A stretch of 64,000 bases of DNA, taken from contig OZ199839.1 of assembly GCA_964304625.1 (NCBI GenBank), positions 2,358,093-2,422,092 on the forward strand. The letters are read 5' to 3'. Position 1 is the stretch's first letter. Every line of letters starts with the position of its first letter. This document shows, piece by piece, positions 12,701 through 24,909 of the stretch. Below the pieces are notes generated by a model. That model was not told the origin of the DNA. It saw nothing but the letters and a program-made list of their open reading frames with translations, and searched no databases. Both the position numbers and the translations under genes were made by a program. The DNA is from Kudoa neothunni (lineage: Eukaryota > Animalia > Cnidaria).

Positions 12701-14395
12701 ATGCCCAAAATAGTTCATCCTTTAACAGGTTTGGGGTGAAAACACTCCAGGGTTCTTTTGCTTATATTAACGTGAAAAATTATAAATAATTAGATGAGAA
12801 ACTCCTGTTATATGCAATTGGCAAATTTCCAAGAAAATCTACAATTAGTATCCCACCTAATCCAATGCAGCATTCTTCGTCGATTGCTCGAAAGTTTCTG
12901 GTGGTATATTATTGAGGCTTTCCTGTCTCCTATCAGATGGACGGAGAAACGTCGATTGTGTCAGATATATCGGGTTTTAATAACTAACAAAAGTTTATTT
13001 TTGAATTTTAACGTTGAAAGTACTTCCTGGGAAATTTTATTTTAATTATGCGCCAATTTGGATTGTGTAGACAAGTGGGATTATTTTAGCAAAAAGCTTG
13101 GACTAGTTGGACCGTTCTGGTGGGTGAATTAAGATGAGGGCTTTCATTGAATTTTTTGATGATTTCCACTCCTTTAATGGTGAGTTCGATAATAAATTGT
13201 TTTTTTACGCCACTTAACGCAAGGCCTGTCTATCATTCGTTGAAAATAATCCATGATGATTAGGCCGAACCAGATTAAGTTTTGTAATAGATATAAATAT
13301 ACTCCAAATTCTATCGATAGATTCTACTAAAAATTCTCAATTAAATTCAAATTTATTTTTTGAGTAAATTTAAGCATAAAAAAGGTTGCGATGTTTTTCA
13401 CCCCAGACCCGTTATAGGATGGAATTTTTCGCTAGCTTAGAGGGTTAATTATGTTTGGAAATTTTATTACATAAATTAAATTATAATAATTTATAAATTT
13501 CAGTGTTATAGTAGTTTTTGTATTTTACAACGTAAAACCATTGAATATCGTGATTACTCTAGGTTTTTTTAGTAATACTCCATTTAGATTTAATTTGGTT
13601 AACGGTTGAGATTAAAAAACACGTATTACTTGACAAAAAGGTGATTTTTATATTTTGATTATTTGTTATCCTATTTAATTCTAATTACCTTCAAAATCGC
13701 GTAAAATTCCAAATTGAAATAAATTATTGCTCATTTAATATATACAAATTATGCAGCGTTTTTAAATAACTGTTAAAAGCTGGTTATTTAGTGTGAATTC
13801 CGTGATGTTTAAGTCTAAATAATAAATGTTTCTTAGGGCAACCAATAAACAAATCAAACTTAATTGATATTTTTTATGAGGTTGATTCGGGACAACTCAT
13901 TGTTAACGCTATACTTCCTATGAATATACAGGACCAAAATGCCAAATGTGAATGGGAATTAAGAGACCACAATTCTGATGAATTTTCAATTGTGAAAGAA
14001 TGCACTCGAACTAATCCTAATGACTGTAATGATAAGGAAACATTCTGCAGGAGATTTACCATAACCAATATTGGTGAAAATTATAACTACCACCTAACCG
14101 TATATTATAGTAAAAACCATGAGGTCTATGGGACAGCAAAAATTTTACCAGGTATTTAAAATATATTGATCTTTTTAATTTAAATGTAATTTAGGCAAGA
14201 GTAATAATAATAACTCTGATAGGTAACGTCCATTATCCATATACATACAATTTACATTTTTTAGAGCTAAATCATCTAACAAGTAACACACATGTACTAT
14301 TTTGTTTAATTTTTTTAAGGTCATTAATTTATGTCGTCGTCGGAGCGCTTTGTCTAATGATCTTGCTAGTGGTTATTTTCACTTTAGCAAACTAA
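9709..14395 (+). CDS. R1: ~800-aa type-I membrane protein with Cys-rich FN3-like modules
   Basis: Exons 9709-9739, 9789-10163, 10214-10801, 10854-11168, 11219-11506, 11554-11910, 13837-14151, two stalk micro-exons, and a TM exon ~14320-14395. Signal peptide MYQHLSFAILFFFIILL. FN3 motif ISDLSAGIDYQIKV. TM LIYVVVGALCLMILLVVIFTL. Confidence 0.85.
12543..13444. mobile_element. Non-autonomous piggyBac inside R1 intron 6
   Basis: TTAA|CCCTCTAA...TTAGAGGG|TTAA with subterminal GGGGTG repeats (~12560, ~12735, inverted ~13400). Confidence 0.8.
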
Positions 14396-15359
14396 AGTTA
14401 AAAAATTTTTAATTATTTTCTTTTAGATTTTTTCCTTCAATAGAGTAGTTTACATTGATTACACTTTTCGATTTTTTATATTTCACAATTATTTATCTTC
14501 AGTCTAATTTATGCAATTATTATTGTTGTTCTTTGTAAAAGTCGATGATAAAAGCTATAACCACCTAAATAAACATCTACTTAAACTTAAAGAATCATAA
14601 ATAATTGTCTCAGAATTATATCAACAATTGTTAGACAGTTTATTCTTCGTATTATTAGAAATAATACACTCAATAACTTTTCATATAAGTAATTTTTTTA
14701 AGATCGAAAGATTTTTATAATGTTAGCATTATTATAGAATTTAGAACTTGCTTAGACGCTAACAATCTTAAAACATACGAAAAGGTATATCATTTCCTTA
14801 TTAAATCTCTAATAAACTTTTCTATATTATTTTTTTGGGCGAAAAATTACTTTATTTTAATTCATAGCCTTTCTATGGAGGTATTAGGGTTTATAATGTA
14901 AATTGGGTAAACCGATGTGTAATGTAAAGTTAAAATTTAATTTTATTTGTTTATATAAATATACCTATTGAATTCATATCACAACTCACAACATTCGCGC
15001 GAAAACCACCGAATTAAAATATATCACGTTAAATTGCATATTGTTTTTTATATGATACAAATATTTAAAAATATGAAATTTAATTCAATTATATTTGTCA
15101 ACAAACTATAATTTTTGGCTAAACTTTCCGGTTATTTAGAGTTGTTGGCACTGAAAAATGACGAATAATTATTCCCTATTACTAAATTCCATACTGGTTT
15201 AACCTATAAAGCATTATTCCGCCCGTTTGTGCGTGAGACCAATGGATCTTCAAATAAATATATATATTCTGTTGAAAAAAAATGTCTTTTCGATTTTGAA
15301 GCATCTTAGAGGATCCAAAGGTCTTATTCTTTCATTTTTATAATTATAAAATATATTAA

Positions 15360-17890
15360 CGCTCGAATATCTGGAGCGGACCATTGTGGTCCATTTTTTA
15401 AAAAACCTTTAATATCTTTTCAGGATAATAAGTTATGAATTTCCAATCACGTATATTTAGTGTGTAAAGTTACTAACTATAATGTTAAAATATTAGATTT
15501 TCAGAATTAATCAGTTTGTGAATAAATGAAAAAACAAAAAAAGTTACATAAATACCTGAGTAGGACCACAGTGGTCCGTCTGAAACTAATGATCTAATAA
15601 ACCTTTGAAACATTAAAAAAATTACCGAATTTTGAAAATGTAGTTTTATAACCGATTATAATTTAAATTAAGAACATTAAAACGTATAAATGAAATTTAT
15701 GCTGCGTGGTCAGTGTGCTAGAAAACTTCTAAAACGAGTTCTGATAGAGAAATTAATTTTCTTTAAGCTGAAGATGAAAGTTTTGATGACGTATTATTTG
15801 AAGAAACAGAATCTGATAATGTCGATGAAACCATAAATGAACCAGTCAAGAATGAAGATGATTGCGATGTGAATGACAACGACCAAAGTATTGAAGATTC
15901 TTCAGAAATCTCTTGTGTCTTGTCAAAAGACAGAGAAAAGTGATACAAATCTCCAACAATAACTGAGAGGAGAGTAACACAGGGGAATATACACACGGGG
16001 AAATCAGAATTTTCAAAAGAAGAAAGACTTTTAGGACTGACTCCATTGAGAGAATTTAATAATTTCTTGACCCCTTTTTATACTAGATGAGATCGTATAT
16101 TGCACAAATATATTCATCAAGCTAGAAAAACCCCAACATAAAGTATATTGATTTGGAAGAACTGAACATATATTTGGATGCAATTATACTTATTGGAGTG
16201 GTGAAAGATAAGAACGAGAATATTAGAGTGTTTTCGTGTGGAAAATACGGCCTATCACTCATAATAAAAAAGATATCTAGAAATCGCTTCGAAGAAATTA
16301 CTGCTTCTATTAGATTCGATACCAGACGTAGTAGAAATCGTAATGACAAATCAGCTTCAATTAGACATGTTTTTGACCGCTTCATAAAGATATGCAGGCA
16401 AGTTACCATCCATCATCTAAGTTGACTGTTGGTGAGCAGCTTATAACATTTAGAGGACAATACCCCTTCAATATATTTATTTCATCAAAGCCTGGTAAGT
16501 ATGGGATCAAAATCTTGACGTTATGTGATGCAACAAATGCGTATCTCTGCAACGCAAAAATATACATCGGCAAGAAAAAGGAATAGTTGAAAATAACCAA
16601 GACGAAAATGTAGTGAAAGATCAACTGCAACCATACTTAAACAAATCTCGAAATGTAATCACAGATAATTTTTTTACTACGTTACCACTTGCAACGAACC
16701 TTATATAACATAAGATTACCATTGTTGGAAAAGTAAGAAAAAATAAAAAATTGCTTGTTCACGAATTCCAGTCATTAAAGGGTACAGAAAATAAAATAAA
16801 ATTTCTTTTTCAGGAAAAATATACTCTAGTGAAATTCAACCGAAAGGAAAATAAATCGGTGGTTCACTTAAGCTCTCAACATCGTAACGTTGAGATAAAC
16901 AAGGAATCTACAATTCAACCAAAGGTGGAGTAGATACTCTAGACCAGCGTTCCCAACCTTTTTTGTATCGCGTCCAAACTTTTTCAAATGTATTGATTTT
17001 TAAACTTAAACTGCTTATAATTTTGAATCAAGCTTCATGCCACATTAAAATTAGAAAATGGCAAATATATATTTCATTAAAATTAAAATCTATTCGATCA
17101 GATATAAGTTTATTCTCAGATGGACTTTAAAAATTAACATTTTTACTTCTTCATTCAGTCAAAAACCGCGTTAAGTGAAACTTGTGCTAATCCAAACCGA
17201 ATCAGGCAAAACTTTTCTGTATCCATGGCTTATAAACAAAAATTAAATAATTAATATTTAAAATTAATCAATATTGTTTTTGGATAAGTCAAAAAAATGG
17301 GGATCATGGTCACAATGCGACAACATTGGAATTATCTCCATTCCGATTCTATTGAGAAAAAACCATGTTAAACGTTTTTATATTTTGTATATACATTAAT
17401 CAGTGTTTCAGTATCATTTTAGGATATTCACATTCTCTTACAAATAAACGATGTCAAAAATCGAAGTATTTATTTCAATGTGCATCACACTGCCCAATTA
17501 TCGCACCATTATCCATGTCGCTTCAATGCCCGGGATTTTCCACGTCCTACAAGAGCCGTTCATTAAACGTTCTAAAATTTCCATGCCCAACATAAGTTTT
17601 CCACGCCGCAGGTTGTGGAACAATGCTCAAAATCGTATTATCCGTTGCTATTCCACCAAGAGAGCTACTCATCGTTGGCCGATGACAATTTTTTTCAATA
17701 TAACTAATATAGCTGATTACAATGATTATCTCTTGTACGTTAATATAACTCCTTAGTTCCATAAAGACAATAAAAACCAATCAAGAAGAGAATTCTTGAA
17801 AATGCGTGCTGAAGAATTACTTGGAGACGACGATACTTCCAAATCAATCCAGACTAAAAAACAGACTATTTTTCCATAAACGTGCCTTAA
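15360..17890 (+). mobile_element. Decayed piggyBac (PGBD4-like transposase pseudogene); right end not defined
   Basis: TTAA-flanked left end with GGACCA-TGGTCC repeats. Frameshifted motifs RNRFEEITASIRFD, LTVGEQLITFRG..SKPGKYGIK, TDNFFT, GGVDTLD, YSTKRATHRWPM. Confidence 0.85.
16945..17625. mobile_element. hAT (Buster/Charlie-like) MITE nested in the piggyBac transposase
   Basis: TIR CAGCGTTCCCAACC / GGTTGTGGAACAATG. Degenerate 8-bp TSD CTCTAGAC / CTCAAAAT. The piggyBac reading frame resumes after it. Confidence 0.65.
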
Positions 17891-18597
17891 AAAAATTTTT
17901 GGTGAATGCCTATTAATCCTTCCATTTTAATAAGGTACGATTTTGAAATTTTAGTTATTATCATCCTATTTCAGTTTATTAAAATTGCTGTAAATATAGA
18001 AATACAATATTCTTTAAAATGTTTTAGTTTTGTTTTGGATGAAATTTTAAGTACATATCATCCTGAGAATTTAAAATAATATCATGTGTATAATTTAATA
18101 GTATACATTGGGATCGAAATGATTTAGTATTAGGGCTTTGTCATTTTATACTAATGCTACTAGCTCAAGCTTTAATAACATAATAAAAACACGTTTTCTG
18201 TTTCTATGAGTTATATTAAAATACTCTTGGTTTATTATGTAACATATGAAATCAAATGAATAATCCCCTCGCTGGGAAACAACATATCATTTACTGACTT
18301 ATTGTAAGGGGAAGATTTTTTTTAGTTTCAGAAAAATATACACTCTATGATTATTTAAGAAATGAGCATAATATATTTTATTAATGTTTAAAGGATTATT
18401 CAGATATTAACACCTTATTTTTTAATTTTATATATTAAGATTAGTGTCAAATTCATATATAACTTTTACTGTTAAAAATTATTATTTTCAAAGTAAATAA
18501 CAGTCATTATTCATATTTGAATTCTGGGAGCTTTTTGACCAGTATATTTCTCATAGGGCTGGATTTCCGAAGTTAATAATATTGTGGCATACTAACC

Positions 18598-21482
18598 ATG
18601 ATCAACTACGATTTTTCCGTCGTCTTATTTTGTAAATTACAGTTGATTTTATTAGGTACAATATATAATTAATCAAATGTAGCATTATTAGTTAATTTGT
18701 TTGGTTGGCCTGTCCTACTAATATCCGATTACCTCATTTATCAATCTCTCAATGAAGAAACTGAAACCAATATTATCATAAAAATATCTTCACCAATAGA
18801 AAATGGAACGATGTGTAAAATTTCTCTTTACAATTCCATTGGAATTATTCCACCAGGAAAGTTATGTATTGAAGCTGATAATGGTGGTGGGACAGATGAT
18901 GAACGGGTTACGAGTTGCAAATTCGAATGTAGCACTTCCCTATCTATTTTAACGGATTTTCTAACCCAGAGATTACAGTATGCGATAATTTCTGTTGGTA
19001 TAAATATAATACAGCTGGATAAACCATCTGTTCTTGTATTTGGTTTTCAGACGCGTAACTTTTGATCACAACTAAATGCTGTACCAAATAAAATATTGTA
19101 GCTCCTTTGATATATCCTCAAGTGAAAACATCAAAATATTTTAGGTATCGATATTACCAAGGAAGAATCTTAGTGAAGTTTGGGTGTCCAATTTACTATA
19201 ATGATAGAAAGTATCATAATGGTAATGTTGATGGTGGGATTTTCAGTGGTTATGAAATGGAAATTATGCTCAACCAATTTTTGCCTTATTATGAAATGAA
19301 ATGTCCGAAACAGCCTAGTTTTTATTACTTTATGCCCAATAAATACATGCGCTCAATGTTATCTCTATACAAACCTCGGTCCATGGTGACACGACAACGT
19401 TTACATGATAAATTGAATATATACAATATTTCTGTCTATAATTTTTATCCTGCAGACATCTGTCATTTTAGTATACGGGGCTTATCTGAAAAAGGTACAA
19501 AACTAAAAGAATTCACGTCCTATTGCGGTCAGAATTGTGCGTGTATCGGTTGTTACGCTCCTTGTCATAATGCTCAACTTGTCCTAGAGTTGTTCCCGGC
19601 AGTTGAAATAGCAGTAAGATCTAGATATAACAATTTAACCGATTATAACTCAGGATATATACATAAAAATATTGGTATGATTATTTTATAATTCATTGAT
19701 CAATTTAAATGATGTTTAGTGTTGATTCGACAAAAAATAACAAACACAGGATTTTTATCAAATATAACCACCAACAGCGTTATATTACACAAGGAGTCAT
19801 TCCAATCTGAAAACGATGTTTTACAATTCACAAATTGTCATACTAAATTATATATAAGAGGTCAGTCCCTTAAACTCCTTGAGGATAAATTCGAGTGTGA
19901 AGAAGTTGACTGTGACACATTTTGCCATTCGCTAAAATTAAAGGACCTTATTCCGGGCACATCATATCAGATAGATATTAGAATTACCACGAAAAATTAT
20001 GGTTATTTTCATGAAACGATTTTCTTTGTTACTGGTAATATATCTATTTATATATAGATTATTTAATAATAATAATAATAATGTATCGTTATCAATATTG
20101 ATATTGATAGAGGGTTATAAGACTATAAAGAATTATACCTCATCACTAGGTGACGAACCAGGAACGTTGAAAATAAGACCCATATTCGAAGAAACAGACG
20201 AAAATCAATATCCATATACTTGTGAATTTTATATTAGTTTAAAGGATAGACAGCAATTTTATGAACCAATCTGTGTCGGCAATTATCCTTGTATTGGATT
20301 ATGCAACAGTGAATATACCTTTGTAAATATTACCACGACTATTGATTACAGTATTAAAATTGTGGTTAATAAAAGACACGAAGAAATAGAAATTCCTGGT
20401 ATCTAGTTTATATAAAAGTGAGATAATTTCCTGAGTAATTCTAGTTGTTGGGTCTCTCAAACTCAGTTCTAGTTATATTCGTTATGGATTTACTCTCTAT
20501 GGAAATTTTCAGTTTGCAAAATCTTCCGAATTTTTATGCAATCATAATGTTTATGTCAAAGAAGCTAGAGAATACAAATTGATTTATACTTGTCTTGATT
20601 TTTCAGATATACTAAAACCCAAGGAGAAGATAAGCTACAATTATTCCGCTCCTCGATTTGATATGCTTGGAAAATGCACACAAACTCCATCATGTGACAT
20701 GTTTAATATAGAATATCAGTATAACGAAACCCAAGAGTATTTGGTTTGTGTGAAACCATTGGTGAATGTAACTAATGTCAAATGCAGAACGATCCCCAAA
20801 GGTATCCCAAGAATTATATCTTAATGACAATATATCAAAATAATAATATTTTTTATGTTAGGGCAACCGAAAAAACGACTCAAACCTAATAGATGTTTCT
20901 TTCAAACGTGTCAATAATGAATTTTTAGTGAAGACTAAACTTCCAAATTGGATAAGTGATACTGAGACGAATTGTGAGTGGGAGTTAAGAAATCCTGACG
21001 CGGACACATTTCCAATAATCCAAGAGTGTTTTGGTAGCAGCGGAAAAGATTGCACTGAAATGGATATAATCTGCAATAGCTTTACCATATCTAATGTTGA
21101 AGACAAACACAGTTATCATCTGACTGTCTATTACACTAAAAATAAGGACGTCTATGGAATTGCTACAATCAATTTAGGTGTTCGAAAATTTGAATAAGCT
21201 ATTTAACCATTTTATATAGGTGAACTGGTAAGTAATAAGCCGAAAAAGTATTTTTTATTAAAGCAATATTTAACAACAATAGATATAATGTTTTAAGTTT
21301 GATGACTCTGTTAAGTAATTTTGAGGGATTGTCAGTTTTGATTAATTTTAGAAAAACAACAGTTATCGTCGTATCAATCATAATAATATTACTAATTACA
21401 GTTTATTTTGTAATTATATTTTGGAGGTATGATAAATAATCAATCTGAAGTCTTTAATTTATTTTTTAGATCAAAGCAATAA
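18598..21482 (+). CDS. R2: type-I membrane Cys-rich FN3-like protein, paralogue of R1
   Basis: Same exon and phase structure as R1. Signal MINYDFSVVLFSLLVNLFG. FN3 motif LKDLIPGTSYQIDI. TM VIVVSIIIILLITVYFVIIFW, tail RSKQ*. Stalk micro-exon boundaries are less certain. Confidence 0.85.
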
Positions 21483-23928
21483 ACTAATCAGAACTTCTTG
21501 CTTCTACTTTTATTTCAAAATATTTTTAGATCAAAAAGGTATTATATCAATGAAGTTGATATATTTTGTTTTTTTAGTTTTAATTTATAAAATAATGTGG
21601 TTTTTTCTAACTGTTAGATTTTTTTATAATTATAAATTTTTGAGATCCTCGCGGTGACATCAAATATTAAATTTTAATTTATAAAAAATATTAATGGATG
21701 AATAATAAACATTAAATTGAATATTTTATAATACAAAGAAAAAGCAAAATTCATATTTAATATTAAGAACCACGCTTGCGCCAAAATTATAAAATATTTG
21801 ACCATTAATTTAGTAAATGCTGTTTACTAAATAATAATTATTAGTCATTAATTTATTAAAAACATCTATCATTGAGCATAGAATTAAATATATTGCAGAA
21901 AATATTGATAATTTCAAACATGAGATTATCTTGTATCTTTTAGAATTAAAAAATCGATATTTTCACAGTAATAATTCGAAGAGCTATTAAAAATTAACTC
22001 CTTAAAAATAATTATTGAACGTTTTGAACCTATTTTTTCATTATGATCTTAAAAGTTTTAGATGTATTTTTATTATCATTCTAGTGTGTGTTTCACATGA
22101 TAACTTGGTAAATTTGCAGTTTGAAAAGATTATTTTTATATCATTTTAAAATCTTCTGAAAAAATTTAACTATTAATTGGAAGGAATAATTAAATTATTT
22201 TTGGTAAGTGAATTTTAGGACTTTCCTAAACATTTTGCAATGTTATTTTTTTCAATTTGGCTTTATAAACTTTTTTAACTACGTTACTAGGATTTTATTA
22301 ACTATATCTTTTAGGATCTGTATCGGCGTCCACTTTATTACTGGGAGTTTATCGTTCGTGATAATAATATTTAAACTTTTAATTATCCGTGAGTCTCTGG
22401 ATTTAGTAACTTCATATTTCTTACAAAATAATATATTATATTTAAAATTCGTCGATTCTTGTGCATTGGGATAATATTAACAACTGGCAACGTAGAAATA
22501 ATCGAGCGCCTCTATTATTCCCGCTTTAATTAATCACATTCATCGCGAATCTAAGAATCTAAACGAGAAAAAAGTTCGGCTGAACAGGAAATTACGTATC
22601 GACTCTGTAATCCAAATACGACAAATCAGAACAAAAAGACGGAAATAAAAATGGAAAAATTGAAGGAGATATACTCGAATTATAGTTCCTATTATGGTGC
22701 ACTTTATTTGGAAGCTATATCTAAAACGTATAAATGTAAATTAAAAAAAATAATAGGTAGTTTTCGTTTGTTTATCAATAAAAAATTATGAGTTTGTATT
22801 TTTTTGTATTTCACGCACGCGCATGCAAATTTTCTCTATTCGAAAATGATGAGTGTAGGTAACTTTTATTTTCCACTGCCGTATCAACTATAGGTTTGTG
22901 TTATTATGTTTTTTTACAATTCGAACACAGTCGAGACGTTCTATAGCTTTCTTGTTTGCGCAAGTCGGGATGGCCGGGTAAACAGTCACGTGTTATTCTA
23001 AGGGGTACATTAATTCACGTGGAAAAATTATTTATATACTCATTTAACTCGAGCTAAAAAGTTTTTATTATTTTTTAAGAATTTAAATTGAAGTTGCTAC
23101 ATTTTCTGTAAATGCAACAATGTTTTTCAAAGGTCGATATTATGATTAAGATTTCCGTTTATTATTTTAATTGGATGGTCGGTTAAATCATTAAGATTAT
23201 TTTTATTCTTTAAAGTTTTTATAGTTAAATAATCCCATTATAAAACGAAGCCAGGTAACTCTATAAAAATAAAATTTTATTGTACATAACACGATCGTCA
23301 AAATAATGATGTTATAGACAAATTATGAGTCCATTGTTCAGCCGGCGGTTACATTCAGGGATTAATATTTTTTTTAATTTTTCAATATTTTTTAAAATTA
23401 CCCAAATCCCGGGAAAATTCAGGGTATTGATGCTAGTTAATTGTTAATTAGTGTCTACTTCACTTAACCATTTTGAAATAATTTTTCAACATTAATAGAT
23501 ATATTTTAAAACATATTCTTTAGTAATCTTAATATTTAATCTAAAAAAGTGAATTCATTCAACTATTCATGAAAAGTCTATGAATTGTAATAAATATAAA
23601 ATGCTTTGATCATCAATAAAAATATAAAACAACATTTATAAGCATCCATCACACCGCATATTATTTATGATACTATTTTCGATTTTTTAATACTTTTGTA
23701 TTAACTACAGTAGATTACAACGATTGACAACATAGATTTCTCTCAGTGTACTCAATTAAAGAAATACCTACACATCAAATTGCAAAAAATCACATGAATA
23801 AATGAAAGACCGAATAAACTAGATTAATGTAAATGCGAAATTATAATTTCGACAGAACTAAACGATACTATGTAATGTAATTAGGTGAAGTGTCGATCGC
23901 CAGAACCAGCCCACGGAGTGTTAGGAGC

Positions 23929-24909
23929 CTAAGTTGAAGATTCAACCAATGCTTGTTGGTTATCAACGCCACTAAGATAAACTTAATCCATATATGTAAA
24001 TAATCTAAATTATAAAACTTTTCGTCCCCAAAATAAAGATATTTCAAGAAATCAATAGCGCAGATGTGATCGTCGACACAGTAGAGAGTATAATCATTTT
24101 CCTTGTTTTGTTTCGCATAATGATAACCGACTCTTACCGCTTCACCATAACACTAAACACCTAAATGTGCATTAAAATTATATCAAAAAGTTACTTCTGA
24201 TCTCTGTTGGGGGGTACGGGACTTCTGGTTGCAGTGAATCAACATCATAGTTCTCGCAACATTATAATAACTTAGAAGACCAAAAGTTTTTCCAAATATC
24301 TAAATTTATCATAAACACAAATTTAAAAGAAATCTGTTACGGCACACTCAGCACACTTAAACTCCTGTTCAGTTAAAATGACTAAAAATAAACAACATTA
24401 AATTAGAGCACATTGGCGGATCATAAACTTTTAATTTTAACTAAACACGCATTTATTATCATTCGTTAAATAAAATAAATGAGGTTATAAAATAAATTTA
24501 CTTGAGTTATTGACACAGTTAGGATTAATCTCACAATAATCACTGTGAATCACAATATCTTCCACTAGGAAACCAATCATCAATTTAATTATGGAAGCAT
24601 TAATGTCCTAAGCAATTTCATTGATTCCATCATGTTTAATAAACATTACATCTAATCCAATAATTTTTTTATTTCTTAACATGTAATTTAGTGTGCGGTT
24701 TATCAGTGCAATTTTGGATTCTTCATTAGGGCGAACGTGAGTTGAAGTTTGAAGCTAAAATTGTTCATCATTATACACCATGCACATAACTTACCAAAGA
24801 AACTGAAAGTGTTTCACTCAGGTTAAGATTTGAGTAAATAGTCCCTATTGCACCTTACTAAATTTTTATCAGAAGTAAAGATACAGAAAAAGACAAATAG
24901 TGCTATCAT
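23929..24909 (-). CDS. S2: secreted saposin-like (SAPLIP) protein, ~205 aa, 8 coding exons
   Basis: MIALFVFFCAIGTIYS signal peptide, then YCEINPNC, then CAEC-x23-C-x12-C-x23-C-x5-C (saposin-B cysteine spacing), ending GVDNQQALVESST*. An in-frame upstream ATG at 25047 is possible via a 36-nt intron. Confidence 0.8.

Noticed and set aside
22208-22474. 88-aa hydrophobic ORF
   Set aside because: Non-ATG start, composition expected from AT-rich DNA, and no splice or homology support.
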